Origin: an uncultured Acidimicrobiia bacterium
Lineage (GTDB): Bacteria; Actinomycetota; Acidimicrobiia; IMCC26256; JAENVU01
Length of the DNA stretch: 64,000 nucleotides
Assembly: GCA_963801105.1 (NCBI GenBank)
Contig: CAWDDH010000003.1
Span: forward strand, 309,135 to 373,134
Direction: 5' to 3'
Under the pieces are notes generated by a model. That model saw only the letters and a program-made list of their open reading frames with translations. It searched no databases and was not told the DNA's origin. Shown one piece after another: positions 8,781-17,896 of the stretch (positions are counted from its first letter, which is position 1; each line of letters opens with the position of its first letter). The position numbers were made by a program, and so were the translations under genes.

Positions 8781-8895
8781 ATCCCGCGGGCCTCGGCGGG
8801 CTGTGGCGGCGAGCCGGCGACGCCGGTCGGACGGCGGATCTTGAGCGGCGCGGCTCGGACGGGGCCCGTGGACCGGCGGTGATCGTCGGGACGCA

Positions 8896-9315
8896 TCACG
8901 CCTCCTCGGTGCCGACGCTGACCATCCAGCTCGTGCCGAAACTGTCGATGCACATGCCGAAGCAGGGCGAGAAGAACGTCTGGCCCAGCGGCATCGTGAC
9001 CTGACCGCCCTCGACCAATCCGTTGAAGGCACGCGTGGCGTTCTCGGGGGTGTCGAAGATGAGGCTGACCGCTGCGCCCTTCATGCCGCCGGCATCGCCG
9101 GTCGGGTCGTCCGAGGCCATGAGGAAACCGCCGTCCTCCATGGTGAGCGCAGCGTGGATGACGAGATCCGGGTTCGGCGGCCCCGGCGGTGGCTCCGCTC
9201 CCTCGGGCATATCGCCGACGGTCACCACGTCGAGGTGGCCGCCCAGGACCTCGTGATAACGACTCATCGCCTCGCGACACGTGCCGCTGAAGAACAGGTA
9301 CGGGTGACAGGACAT
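8896..9315 (-). CDS. VOC-superfamily protein (PhnB-like / glyoxalase fold)
   Basis: 139 aa. MSCHPYLFFSGTCREAM..HAALT..GG.LMASD...SWMV resembles PhnB-like VOC proteins. Confidence 0.7.
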   Translation of the reverse strand: MSCHPYLFFSGTCREAMSRYHEVLGGHLDVVTVGDMPEGAEPPPGPPNPDLVIHAALTMEDGGFLMASDDPTGDAGGMKGAAVSLIFDTPENATRAFNGLVEGGQVTMPLGQTFFSPCFGMCIDSFGTSWMVSVGTEEA

Positions 9316-9564
9316 GGACTTCCTCCGTCAACGAGACAACGTGGACTAGGTAGGCAGACGGGGCCGGTGTCCCGAAATCATCGGTCACCGAGGAGAAGCG
9401 CCGGTGGCGGCCGTCTGGACGAGGGAGGCCCGGCGAAGGCCACCCCTGGAAGGAGAACGAGCTCCCGGCCCGCCACCGACGGGAGTGGTGCTCGCCGATG
9501 ACCGAGGTGCGATGAGATCACGGAGCGCGACACGTCCACACACCGAGAGGAAAGAGGTACTGCC

Positions 9565-10089
9565 ATGGAGATCATCAACCTGGGTGTCAGCGACGATCTG
9601 CCACCGGTCGATTGGAATGCCACCGTCGAGCGGATCGCTGATGGTTCACCGCCTGCTCCCGACGCCCACAACGCGCGTACGACGTGGCTCACGACGCTGA
9701 ACGACGACGGGAGCCCGCATGTGACCGCCGTGGGCGCGCTCTGGCTCGGGGGCACGTTCTGGTTCCAGACCGGTGCCCTCACGAAGAAGCACCACAACGT
9801 CGAGCGCGACCCGCGCTGCTCGATCGCGGTGTCGATCCGTGACGCCGACATCGTCCTCGACGGCCATGCCGCCCGGGTGACGGACCCTGCCGAGGTGGCA
9901 CGGGCGGCCAAGGGCTGGGCGGACGGCGGATGGCCGGCCGAACCCGATGCCAGCGGAACGGGGATCACCGCGCCCTTCAACGCTCCGGCGCAGGGCCCAC
10001 CGCCGTGGCACGTGTACCGCATCGAGCCTCGCACCGCGACCGTGGTGCTGGGAGCCGAACCCGGCGGGCTCACGCGCTTCAGGTTCTGA
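9565..10089 (+). CDS. pyridoxamine 5'-phosphate oxidase-family (split-barrel flavin/F420-binding) protein
   Basis: 174 aa. WLTTLNDDGSPHVTAVGALWLGGTFWFQTGALTKKHHNVERDPRCSIAV fits the PPOX-like split barrel. Confidence 0.7.
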   Translation: MEIINLGVSDDLPPVDWNATVERIADGSPPAPDAHNARTTWLTTLNDDGSPHVTAVGALWLGGTFWFQTGALTKKHHNVERDPRCSIAVSIRDADIVLDGHAARVTDPAEVARAAKGWADGGWPAEPDASGTGITAPFNAPAQGPPPWHVYRIEPRTATVVLGAEPGGLTRFRF

Positions 10090-10237
10090 TCGTGCGCCGC
10101 TCTCAGCCGCGGCGTCTGTTGATGCACGGCGAGCCGCCAGCCGTCAGGGCCCCGTCAGTAGGTGCTGGCGAAGATCGACGACACGGCCGTCTCCCCACGG
10201 CGGCAGGGGATGGTCCACGGGTTCGTCGACCGCAGAC

Positions 10238-10828
10238 TCAGCGGCGGACCGTGTAGCGCAGGTGGAGCGCCCTGACTCCTTGGACAACGACGGGGTCGTC
10301 CAGCATGACGTGGCCACCGACGAGCTCGCCGAAGTAGCGGATGCCGGTCCCGAACAGCACCGGTACCTGGCTGATGCACAGCTCGTCGACGAGGTCCAGG
10401 TTGAGCGCTTGCTGGATGATGTCGGCGCTGGCGATCGTGACGAACCGGTCGCCGGCGAGCTTCTTCGCCGTCGCGACCGCCTCCTCGACGCTGCCGGTGA
10501 ACGTGGTCCGCGGGAACCGCTCGGCGGCGTCGTCGGGCGCTGGCCGGTGCGTCACGACAACGACCGGTGCGCCAGCGGGATGGTTGTCGCCCCAGCCGTC
10601 GGTCTGGTCGAACAGGCGACGACCCGCGATCACCACGCCGCACCCCGACGTGAGCTCCTCGAGCATCGGGGCGCTCGCGGCGTCGACGGAGAAGCTCATC
10701 TCCTCCTGGGCGCTCGGCACCACGACCTCACCACCCCAGTACCAGTCGAACAACTCGGCTGGGTTGTCATCGGGTTGGGCGACGAAGCCGTCCAACGACA
10801 TGCACATGTGGGTCAGAACCTTGGTCAT
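10238..10828 (-). CDS. dihydrofolate reductase-family protein (RibD C-terminal domain type)
   Basis: 196 aa. The N-terminus MTKVLTHMCMSLDGFVAQPDD and the ending ..VRALHLRYTV are typical of this family. Confidence 0.8.
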   Translation of the reverse strand: MTKVLTHMCMSLDGFVAQPDDNPAELFDWYWGGEVVVPSAQEEMSFSVDAASAPMLEELTSGCGVVIAGRRLFDQTDGWGDNHPAGAPVVVVTHRPAPDDAAERFPRTTFTGSVEEAVATAKKLAGDRFVTIASADIIQQALNLDLVDELCISQVPVLFGTGIRYFGELVGGHVMLDDPVVVQGVRALHLRYTVRR

Positions 10829-10917
10829 ACCTTCTCCGACCTAGCAGACCACGAGCACTCATCGGCCCTGGTGGTGCCGAGCGGGCCAGGACTCCGTGGC
10901 ATCGCTCGGCTCCGGTG

Positions 10918-11445
10918 TCACGGGTGGTCGGTTAGGGACTGTTGGCGGGCGACGAGCTCCTCGACGGCGGTCGGCAGGGTCTCCTCGAAGTCGATCAGCT
11001 TCGCCCAGCTCGGGGTCACGACGATGCGCACCATCGAGTCATACAAGGCGCGCACTCCTGCTTCCCATTCGACGCGTTGGTCGGGGGCCATCGAATACGC
11101 GCCATTCGCCTCGAGGAACTCGTCGGGGATCCCGTCGACGTGATCGAGCGTTGCCTCGCCGCGGATCAGCAGGATGTGCGGTGGATGCACCTCGGTGTCG
11201 ATGGTCAGCGAGACGACGGGGTTGCGGCGCAATGACGACAGCTTCGGGGCGTTGGGCGGGGTACACATGACGATCTGCGAGCCGTTCCACGCGAACCCGA
11301 TCGGGACGACCCTCGGCGTGCCGTCGACGGCCACGTAGGCGAGGCGGGCGATGTCGCGGTCGAGCAGCTCCCGGCTCAGCGTCTTGTTCAGTACCTCGGA
11401 GACTCGGTCCGTCGTCGTGGGATCAGCCATGGTGTTCCTCCTCAT
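10918..11445 (-). CDS. PPOX-class (probable F420-dependent) oxidoreductase family protein
   Basis: 175 aa, with an alternative start at MADPTT (11430). IARLAYVAVDGTPRVVPIGFAWNGSQIVMCT...RRNPVVSLTID fits the split-barrel family. Confidence 0.7.
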   Translation of the reverse strand: MRRNTMADPTTTDRVSEVLNKTLSRELLDRDIARLAYVAVDGTPRVVPIGFAWNGSQIVMCTPPNAPKLSSLRRNPVVSLTIDTEVHPPHILLIRGEATLDHVDGIPDEFLEANGAYSMAPDQRVEWEAGVRALYDSMVRIVVTPSWAKLIDFEETLPTAVEELVARQQSLTDHP

Positions 11446-11530
11446 GGGGCGGCCGGTCGGTCGCGTTCACCTCTGGACGGGCCGCCTCGAGACTCGAGAT
11501 GGACCTCGCGAGCAATCCGGGTTTCGGTGG

Positions 11531-11920
11531 TCACTCCTCGGGCGTGTCCCCGTACGGCGCGGTGATCAGCTCCATGAGGTGGCCGTCGGGATCGTCGAAG
11601 TACACGCCGCGGCCCCCGTAGAGGTGGTTGATCTCACCGGGTCGGCGCCGGAACGGGTCGGCGTGCATCGGGATGCGGTCGTCGAGCAGCCGCCGGTGGG
11701 CCGCGTCGAAGGTGGCGTCGTCGACGAGGAAGGCACAGTGCTGTTCGGTAAAGGGTGGATTGTCACGCACGTAGTCGAGGGTCACCTGGTTGGTGGTCTG
11801 CACCCGCACGAACGGACCCCAATCGGGCAGCACCGTGGTGTCGAGCAGACCGGCGAGGAATTCGGCTGATCGGTGCGGGTCGGTGGCATGGACGATCACG
11901 TGGTCGAGGTCAGCAGACAT
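11531..11920 (-). CDS. VOC family protein (glyoxalase/bleomycin-resistance/dioxygenase fold)
   Basis: 129 aa. LDHVIVHATDPHRSAEF....HCAFLVDD....GRGVYFDDPDGHLMELI. Confidence 0.75.
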   Translation of the reverse strand: MSADLDHVIVHATDPHRSAEFLAGLLDTTVLPDWGPFVRVQTTNQVTLDYVRDNPPFTEQHCAFLVDDATFDAAHRRLLDDRIPMHADPFRRRPGEINHLYGGRGVYFDDPDGHLMELITAPYGDTPEE

Positions 11921-11938
11921 GGGGTACCTCCTGGTGAT

Positions 11939-12826
11939 TCAGTGGGCGGACGGTTGAGGGATCTTGCACACCTGCGGGGCGGCGTCGAAAACGGTGTCGA
12001 GGTCGCCGCCGGCGTGCCAGGGGCCGTGGGTGAGCAGCACGACGTGGGCGATGCCGGTCTCGGCGAGCGAGGCGCAGCGGTCGGTGAATGCCTCGGTCGT
12101 CTCATCCGGAGCGAGGCGGCTGCTGAGCGTGACCTCGATGGCGGCAGGGTCGCGACCGATGTCGTCGCAGGCCCGGGTGAGCACACCCAGCTTGTGGCGC
12201 AGGGTGGTCCCACCGTCGGGGATGTCGAAGAGGTTGCACGCATCCGCGTACCGGGCCACGAGTGGCAGGGTGCGTCGCTCGCCCATGCCGCCGATGAGCA
12301 CCCGAGGCCGGCCGATGGGGGCCGGTTGGTTGATCGGCGTGTCGAGCCGGTGATGGGGCCCGTCGAAGGCGTCGCGGTTGCCATCCCACATGTGGGCGGC
12401 GAGCTGGAGGAGCTCTTCGAGACGTTCGAAGCGTTCGGCGGTCGGCTCGAACGGCAGGGCGAGGTGGGCGGCTTCGTCGGCTTGGTATCCGGCGCCGACA
12501 CCGAGCCACGCGCGGCCGCCGGAGAGTACGTCGAGGGTGGTCACGGTCTTGACCAGCAGGGCGGGTGGGCGGATGGTCGCCCAGGTGACCATGGTGCCCA
12601 GGCCGATGGAGGTGGTGGTGGCGGCGAGGTACCCGAGGGTCGTGTAAGCCTCGAGCATCGGTTCGTCGATGCTGGCGTTGGGGTCCGACTGCAGGAGGTG
12701 GTCGGCGACCCATAGGGTGTCCAGTCTGGCCTCGTCGACCGTTCGCGCCAGGTCCCCGAGGTTCGCGGCGAGATGGGTCGGTCCGCCAGGCCAGGAGTAG
12801 TTGGTGACGGCGATGCTGAGCTTCAT
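11939..12826 (-). CDS. LLM-class (luciferase-like) F420-dependent oxidoreductase
   Basis: Real start is MKLSIAV at 12826, with an ATGA overlap with the upstream gene. The pattern LDTLWVADHL...AYTTLGYLAATTTSIGLGTMV...GRAWLGVGAGY is typical of the family. Confidence 0.85.
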   Translation of the reverse strand: MKLSIAVTNYSWPGGPTHLAANLGDLARTVDEARLDTLWVADHLLQSDPNASIDEPMLEAYTTLGYLAATTTSIGLGTMVTWATIRPPALLVKTVTTLDVLSGGRAWLGVGAGYQADEAAHLALPFEPTAERFERLEELLQLAAHMWDGNRDAFDGPHHRLDTPINQPAPIGRPRVLIGGMGERRTLPLVARYADACNLFDIPDGGTTLRHKLGVLTRACDDIGRDPAAIEVTLSSRLAPDETTEAFTDRCASLAETGIAHVVLLTHGPWHAGGDLDTVFDAAPQVCKIPQPSAH

Positions 12827-13284
12827 GACCGCACCTGCGGGGTGAGGGCGAAGGTCGGGTGCCGCCGTGCCTCGGCCTCGATGGCTTCGTCGCGTGAGCG
12901 GGCGGTGACGTCGAAGTGGCGGCGGACGAACAGCGAGATGCCCTTGGCGAGGTAGGCGCGCAGCACCGGAACAGCCTCGCCGGGGTCGAGCTCCCGGACC
13001 CGGTAGCGGGTGCTTTCCTCGCCCCGACGCAGCTCGAGTTGTCCGGCGCCGCGCACGTTGTGAACCCACGCCGTGTTGCCGTAAGCGGCGACCAGCCACA
13101 CCGCTTCGTCCTCACCGAAGACCGGGGCGATCGGGGTGGTGCGGGGCTCGCCGGTGCGGTGTCCGGTCACGGTGAGCAGACGCAGGAAGGGCGGCCCTTT
13201 CCCCCGATCGAGCACACGGCCGAGTGCCCGGTTGACCCATGACAGGATCCGGGGTGGTCGGCGGTCGAGCGTGGCGGTAGCCAT
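12823..13284 (-). CDS. deazaflavin (F420)-dependent nitroreductase family protein (second DDN-like copy)
   Basis: 153 aa. LLTVTGHRTGEPRTTPIAPV...WLVAAYGNTAWVHNVRGAG fits the DDN family. Coupled to flanking genes by 1-4 nt overlaps. Confidence 0.8.
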   Translation of the reverse strand: MATATLDRRPPRILSWVNRALGRVLDRGKGPPFLRLLTVTGHRTGEPRTTPIAPVFGEDEAVWLVAAYGNTAWVHNVRGAGQLELRRGEESTRYRVRELDPGEAVPVLRAYLAKGISLFVRRHFDVTARSRDEAIEAEARRHPTFALTPQVRS

Positions 13285-13667
13285 CAGCTCGCACCGCCTG
13301 GCACTGCCATGAAGCTGTACTGGATGCCGGCGATCCGCGTGTGATCGTCGCTGTCGTCCGGGACGAACACGAACGAGACGCGGGTGTCACCGGGGACCGG
13401 GTTGCCGCGGGCCTCGCCGACCGCGTGTTGGCGTGCGACGACGACGGTGGCTTCGCCGTAGTCGCGGCTGGTGACCTCGTCGAGCTCGAGCCGGTCGTAG
13501 TGGAGGTCTGGCCCGAGTCGGTCGAGCCAGGCCGGCTTGGGCAGCGTGAAGCCGACCGGACCGATGCCGACGAAGTCCTCGGTCAGCAGATCATCGAGGC
13601 GATTACGGTCGCCGGTTCGCTCGGCGTCTATCCAGCGGGCCAACAGGTCACTGATGTCGGTCGTCAT
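13284..13667 (-). CDS. SnoaL-like / NTF2-fold (DUF4440-type) protein
   Basis: 127 aa. The N-terminus LLARWIDAERTGDRNRLDDLLTEDFVGIGPVGF is typical of the NTF2-like fold. Confidence 0.6.
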   Translation of the reverse strand: MTTDISDLLARWIDAERTGDRNRLDDLLTEDFVGIGPVGFTLPKPAWLDRLGPDLHYDRLELDEVTSRDYGEATVVVARQHAVGEARGNPVPGDTRVSFVFVPDDSDDHTRIAGIQYSFMAVPGGAS

Positions 13668-14116
13668 GTTCCCTCCTCGGGGTCGGCTCGGGTGGCGGTG
13701 GCATTGTCGGAGAGGCGTTGCAGGAGTCGGCGCAAGGTGGCCAGGTCGCGCTCGCTGAAGCCGGCGCGCAGATCGGCGTCGAAGTCGCGTACGACGCCGA
13801 GCAGGGAACCGAAAGCGCCCTCCCCCTCGTCGGTCATGGTCACGTCGTGAACCCGCCGGTTCTGTGGGTTGCGGGTTCGGGTCACCAGGCCAGCGGACTC
13901 CATCCGGTTCAGATGGTGAGTCAACGTCGCGCCCTCGATACCAAGCTCGTCGGCGATCTCGCGCTGCGACTGGTGCAACCCGCCCGTCAACGACGCCAAC
14001 ACCAGCCAGGTGGCCATCGAGCCATCGGCATCAGCCAGCACGGCGTCGAAGGCCCGGCTGAGCTCCCGCGCCCGGCGGGTCACGAACAGGCCGATCGGCT
14101 CCACATCCTGGGACAT
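13664..14116 (-). CDS. MarR-family transcriptional regulator
   Basis: 150 aa. The winged-helix core is LHQSQREIADELGIEGATLTHHLNRMESAGLVTRTRNPQNRRVHDVTMTDEG. Confidence 0.85.
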   Translation of the reverse strand: MSQDVEPIGLFVTRRARELSRAFDAVLADADGSMATWLVLASLTGGLHQSQREIADELGIEGATLTHHLNRMESAGLVTRTRNPQNRRVHDVTMTDEGEGAFGSLLGVVRDFDADLRAGFSERDLATLRRLLQRLSDNATATRADPEEGT

Positions 14117-14122
14117 GGCGAA

Positions 14123-14151
14123 ATGATAGACCTCTAACGCTTAGATGTCAA
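14123..14151 (-). promoter_or_regulatory. predicted promoter of the marR operon with an embedded imperfect palindrome (candidate MarR operator); probably leaderless
   Basis: The minus strand reads TTGACA-17 nt-TATCAT-6 nt-ATG. The spacer contains GACCTCTAA-CGC-TTAGATGTC (8 of 9 positions complementary) at 14129..14149. The stretch is AT-rich in a GC-rich genome. Confidence 0.45.
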
Positions 14152-14694
14152 TGCCTTGCCTGGCTCTGGCCCGTGGTCAGCCAGCTATTCGACCGGCTCC
14201 AGGCCAAGATGCCCAACCGTGGAACCGGAGCCGGGTGAGGGTCGTCTACCGGCCCGGGCGCGGCCGGTCTCGGTGACCTGCGGTTTCGTGGTGGGGTGGG
14301 CCGGTAGACGTCCACCGCCCGGCGTTGGCGATGAGGTCGGCGAAGCGGGTGGCGGCGGCTGCGCTCATACCGGGGAGCAGGTGCTGGTAGGGCCGTGACA
14401 CGAACGCGAGGCGTTCTTCCTCGTACAGCGCCGCAGAATCGACGTCACGCTCAGGAACCACTCCGCCCATCATTGCCGGAACCGCTCCCACACACGGACG
14501 AGCGCATGAAGCCGCGTAGCCAGCGGGAGCTTGGGTGCGCGTCGTTCAAGCGCGCGCTCGAAGCAGCCCGAGTGTGGACGACGTACAACCACAGGGCCGG
14601 TCCGAAGCACCCCACAGCATCACCCGGAGGGCTCACCTCACCGGTGGATCACCCCAACCCATCCCGCCAAGGACAACGTCCCCGGTCGTCACAC

Positions 14695-15849
14695 CTAGGG
14701 GGCACGCAGGACGTCCTTGAGCTTGACGCGGCGGCCGGTGCGCACGATCGCACGGCGGTAGACGCCGGCCCCTACGCGCACCGCGAGCACGACCGCGATC
14801 GATGCCAGCACGAGCGATGCGATGATCGACGCGGGTGACGCAACACCCATGGCGATGCGAGACGGCATCACCAACGTGGACGTCAAGGGCAGCACTGCGA
14901 GCACCGCGCCGAGGGACGAGTCCGGTGCGCTGAGCCCGACCAGGTACGAGCCGACGAGGATGATGCTGAGCGGGGCTGCGGCGCTGCCCGCCTCTTCCTG
15001 GCGCTCGACCAGCGCGCCGAGCGCTCCTGCGATCGTGAGGTAGAGGGCCGCGCCGAGCACGAACCAGGCCGCCCCCGCTCCGATCGCCGACGGCAGGCCG
15101 GCGGGGAGGTCACCGCCGATGCTCAGCTTGATGAGTACCGGCGCGACGCCCGCAGCCAAGGTGAGGAAGCCGACGAGCCCGACGGCGATCACCTTGCCGA
15201 AGAGCAGCGGCGCGGGTCGCACGATGGCGAGGAGCACCTCGCTGATGCGGTTGGCCTTCTCGATCGCCGTGCCGTTGGCCACTTGGATCGTGAGCATCAA
15301 CAAGATGAGGTAGAGCGCGATCGAGATGATGGAGGCCGAGCCTCGACGCGACTCGCTGTCGGCCTTGCGCTCGTCGACGGGCACCGCGGGCTGCGCCATC
15401 GCCGTCGCGACCTGCGATGGGCTGAGACCGGCAGCCATGAGCCCTGCTGCCTGGATCCGACGGGCGAGCACCTGTTGCGCCAGAGCCACGATCTGCTCGT
15501 TCTCACCTGCCTTCACGACGATGCTGGGCCGATCACCGCCCAGCACGGCGATCGACGCCTTGCCGTCGTCGACGGCCCGGCGGGCTTCGTCGACCGAGCT
15601 CGTCGTCGTCAGCTCGATATCGGCGTCGAGGACGCGGCCGGTGTCGATCAGCTCGTCGTGAAGCGCCTGGTCACCGCTGGCCACGACGACGTCGTAGGTC
15701 GTGCGGCTGTCTCCGAGCACCGCCGGCAGGGTGACGGCGGCGGTCGACGCGAGGAGCGCGACTCCGATGACGATCCAGAAGGTCTTGCGCCGCGTGGCCT
15801 CCCGCAGCTCGCGCCCCACGACGAGCGCAAGCGCTCGGCGCTCGCTCAC
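14695..15849 (-). CDS. ABC-2 type transporter permease (NatB-like)
   Basis: 384 aa. It has an N-terminal TM, a large extracytoplasmic loop and then about 5 TM segments. A 4-nt overlap couples it to the upstream ATPase gene. Confidence 0.8.
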   Translation of the reverse strand: MSERRALALVVGRELREATRRKTFWIVIGVALLASTAAVTLPAVLGDSRTTYDVVVASGDQALHDELIDTGRVLDADIELTTTSSVDEARRAVDDGKASIAVLGGDRPSIVVKAGENEQIVALAQQVLARRIQAAGLMAAGLSPSQVATAMAQPAVPVDERKADSESRRGSASIISIALYLILLMLTIQVANGTAIEKANRISEVLLAIVRPAPLLFGKVIAVGLVGFLTLAAGVAPVLIKLSIGGDLPAGLPSAIGAGAAWFVLGAALYLTIAGALGALVERQEEAGSAAAPLSIILVGSYLVGLSAPDSSLGAVLAVLPLTSTLVMPSRIAMGVASPASIIASLVLASIAVVLAVRVGAGVYRRAIVRTGRRVKLKDVLRAP

Positions 15850-16778
15850 GCGCTGACCTCGACCGAACCGGGGGCACCGTCGGCCCCTTCGCCTGCGGCG
15901 GCGAGGAAGAGCTCGGACATCGTGGGTGACTCGACGGCGAAATCGTCGACGGGGCCGTGCCGGCGAACCTCGTCGAGCACTGCGCCGGGGTCAGCGCCGG
16001 GAGCCAGGCGCAGCCGGGTGCCGGAGGCGTCGATCGTGGTGATGGTGGCGTCCGATCCGCGGAGCCATCGTTGGTCGACGGTCACGTCGACTCGCAAGAA
16101 GCGATCGGTGCTCGCTGCCTTCAACGCCCTCACGTCGCCGCGGAGCACGACCTTGCCGTGGTTGATCATCGTGACCGTCTCGCAGAGGCCTTCGACGAGG
16201 TCGAGCTGGTGGCTGGAGAAGAGCAGGTTGCGCCCGGCGCTGACATGGTCGTGGATGACGGCCGACAGGAATTCGACGGCGGCGGGGTCGAGGCCGGCGA
16301 ACGGCTCGTCGAGCACGAGGAGATCGGGGCCGTGGACCATCGCCGCGGCCAGCTGCACGCGTTGAGCCATGCCGCCCGACAGCTCGGAGATCTTGTCGGT
16401 GAGGCGATCCGCGAGACCGAGCCGCCCGAGGAGGTCCTCAGCCCGGGAGCGGCCGTCGAGCTTGGTCAGGCCGTGGAGGCGGGCGATCCAGGTGAGCAGG
16501 TCGATCGCGCGCATGTCGCGGTAGAGCCCGCGCTCCTGAGGCATGTAGCCCCACGAGCGCCGGTCCTCCTCCGACGCCGGCACACCGCGCCACAGCACGC
16601 AGCCTGCATCGGGGACGAGCACGCCGAACAGGATCCGCATGAGCGTCGTCTTCCCGGCACCGTTCGGGCCGAGCAGGCCGGTGACACGACCCGCAGGGAC
16701 GCGGAGATCGACGCCGTCGAGCACGACGCGATCACCGAAGCGTTGGCCTATGCCTCGGGCTTCGAGGAGTTCAAGCAC
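15846..16778 (-). CDS. ABC transporter ATP-binding protein
   Basis: Walker A GPNGAGKTT, signature LSGGMAQRV, Walker B LLVLDEP, plus a C-terminal accessory domain. Confidence 0.9.
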   Translation of the reverse strand: MLELLEARGIGQRFGDRVVLDGVDLRVPAGRVTGLLGPNGAGKTTLMRILFGVLVPDAGCVLWRGVPASEEDRRSWGYMPQERGLYRDMRAIDLLTWIARLHGLTKLDGRSRAEDLLGRLGLADRLTDKISELSGGMAQRVQLAAAMVHGPDLLVLDEPFAGLDPAAVEFLSAVIHDHVSAGRNLLFSSHQLDLVEGLCETVTMINHGKVVLRGDVRALKAASTDRFLRVDVTVDQRWLRGSDATITTIDASGTRLRLAPGADPGAVLDEVRRHGPVDDFAVESPTMSELFLAAAGEGADGAPGSVEVSA

Positions 16779-16850
16779 CGCGGCAATACCCCTTCCCGAT
16801 CCCGGGAGCCGGCAAACCTCAGGCTGCAGATCGGCAACCGGTCCCCCAGC

Positions 16851-17885
16851 TCAGATCGCATCGGCCCAGTTGCTCGGTCGGGACGGGTCGACGACCCTGA
16901 TGCCCGCTCGCTGGAGTGGGCCCGCGAGCTCGCTGACCGAGCAGACCTCCTCTGGGCGGAGCACGCCTCCGCCCGAGCCCTCCGCATCGAGGCTGACGAG
17001 CGCGTCCGCGAAGATCACCGCGCTCTGGGCGGCCATTCGGTAGTCACCATGCCCCTGGATGGTGCGCGCCGCGAGGCGTACGCCGTTGCGACGCACGGCG
17101 ACCCAATGACCGACCGGCTCCTGGGTGCCGACCCCTCCCCCTCGGCGTGGCCCGGGACGCAGCGCCCGGCGCGGCAGGTGCGAGAGCAGGCGACCCGAGT
17201 TGAGCCTGACCATGAGCCGGTGCACCGACGGCTCGGCGAAGCAGATGTACGTGCGCACGGGTCGGCCCCCCGCGACCGGGCCGAGCCACCCTGCGTCTGC
17301 CTCGGCGAAGCCGATGCACCGGCGGAGGCCGAACGGCTCAGGGAGTGCGACCACTGTCGTGTCGTGACGGCGTGCAGTGGTGAGGCCTCGGTGGGCGAAC
17401 GCCGCCGCGGCAGGACCGCTGGTGCTGCGGGTCGACACCGTGAAGACCATCTCGACCTCGTCGGCCTCGGGGTGCAAGTCGAGCAGGTCCGCTGCGACGA
17501 TGTTGGTCAGGCCGGGCGCGACGCCCGCGTCCATCACCACTGCGCCACGTGCCGTCGTTGCTTCGGTTCGCAGTCGGCGAGCGGCATCGGCGGGCATCGC
17601 GGAGAGGTTCACGAGCGCGCCGCCGCGCTCGAGCACGAGCCTCTCGGCCGTGAGCGCGAGGTCGGGAACGGAGTTGATGGCGACGTCGACGCCTTCGAGC
17701 GCGGCGGCGACGGTGTCGGGACGGTCGAGGTCGACGAGGGTCTCGGTCGGGTCGGTCGGCCGGCGGTGGACGCCGGCGACGACGTCCCAGCCGGCGCCCC
17801 TGAACGCGGCAGAGACGAGGGCTCCGAGCGCTCCTCGGGACCCGATGACGAGCACTCGCGGAGTGGCGTGACTTGTGGTCTGCAT
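16851..17885 (-). CDS. saccharopine dehydrogenase-like NAD(P)-binding protein
   Basis: Start MQTTSHATPRVLVIGSRGALGALV (Rossmann GxxGxxG) at 17885. The longer track ORF extension is Arg-rich shadow. Confidence 0.65.
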   Translation of the reverse strand: MQTTSHATPRVLVIGSRGALGALVSAAFRGAGWDVVAGVHRRPTDPTETLVDLDRPDTVAAALEGVDVAINSVPDLALTAERLVLERGGALVNLSAMPADAARRLRTEATTARGAVVMDAGVAPGLTNIVAADLLDLHPEADEVEMVFTVSTRSTSGPAAAAFAHRGLTTARRHDTTVVALPEPFGLRRCIGFAEADAGWLGPVAGGRPVRTYICFAEPSVHRLMVRLNSGRLLSHLPRRALRPGPRRGGGVGTQEPVGHWVAVRRNGVRLAARTIQGHGDYRMAAQSAVIFADALVSLDAEGSGGGVLRPEEVCSVSELAGPLQRAGIRVVDPSRPSNWADAI

Positions 17886-17896
17886 GGCGGGGTGCC

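Noticed and set aside
14246-14491. 81-codon ORF (MGAVPAMMGG...LYEEERLAFVSRPYQHLLPG...) as a real gene.
   Set aside because: It has no RBS and no family, and the adjacent frame pieces are interrupted by stops. It is treated as part of a decayed region (see the finding at 14152..14694).
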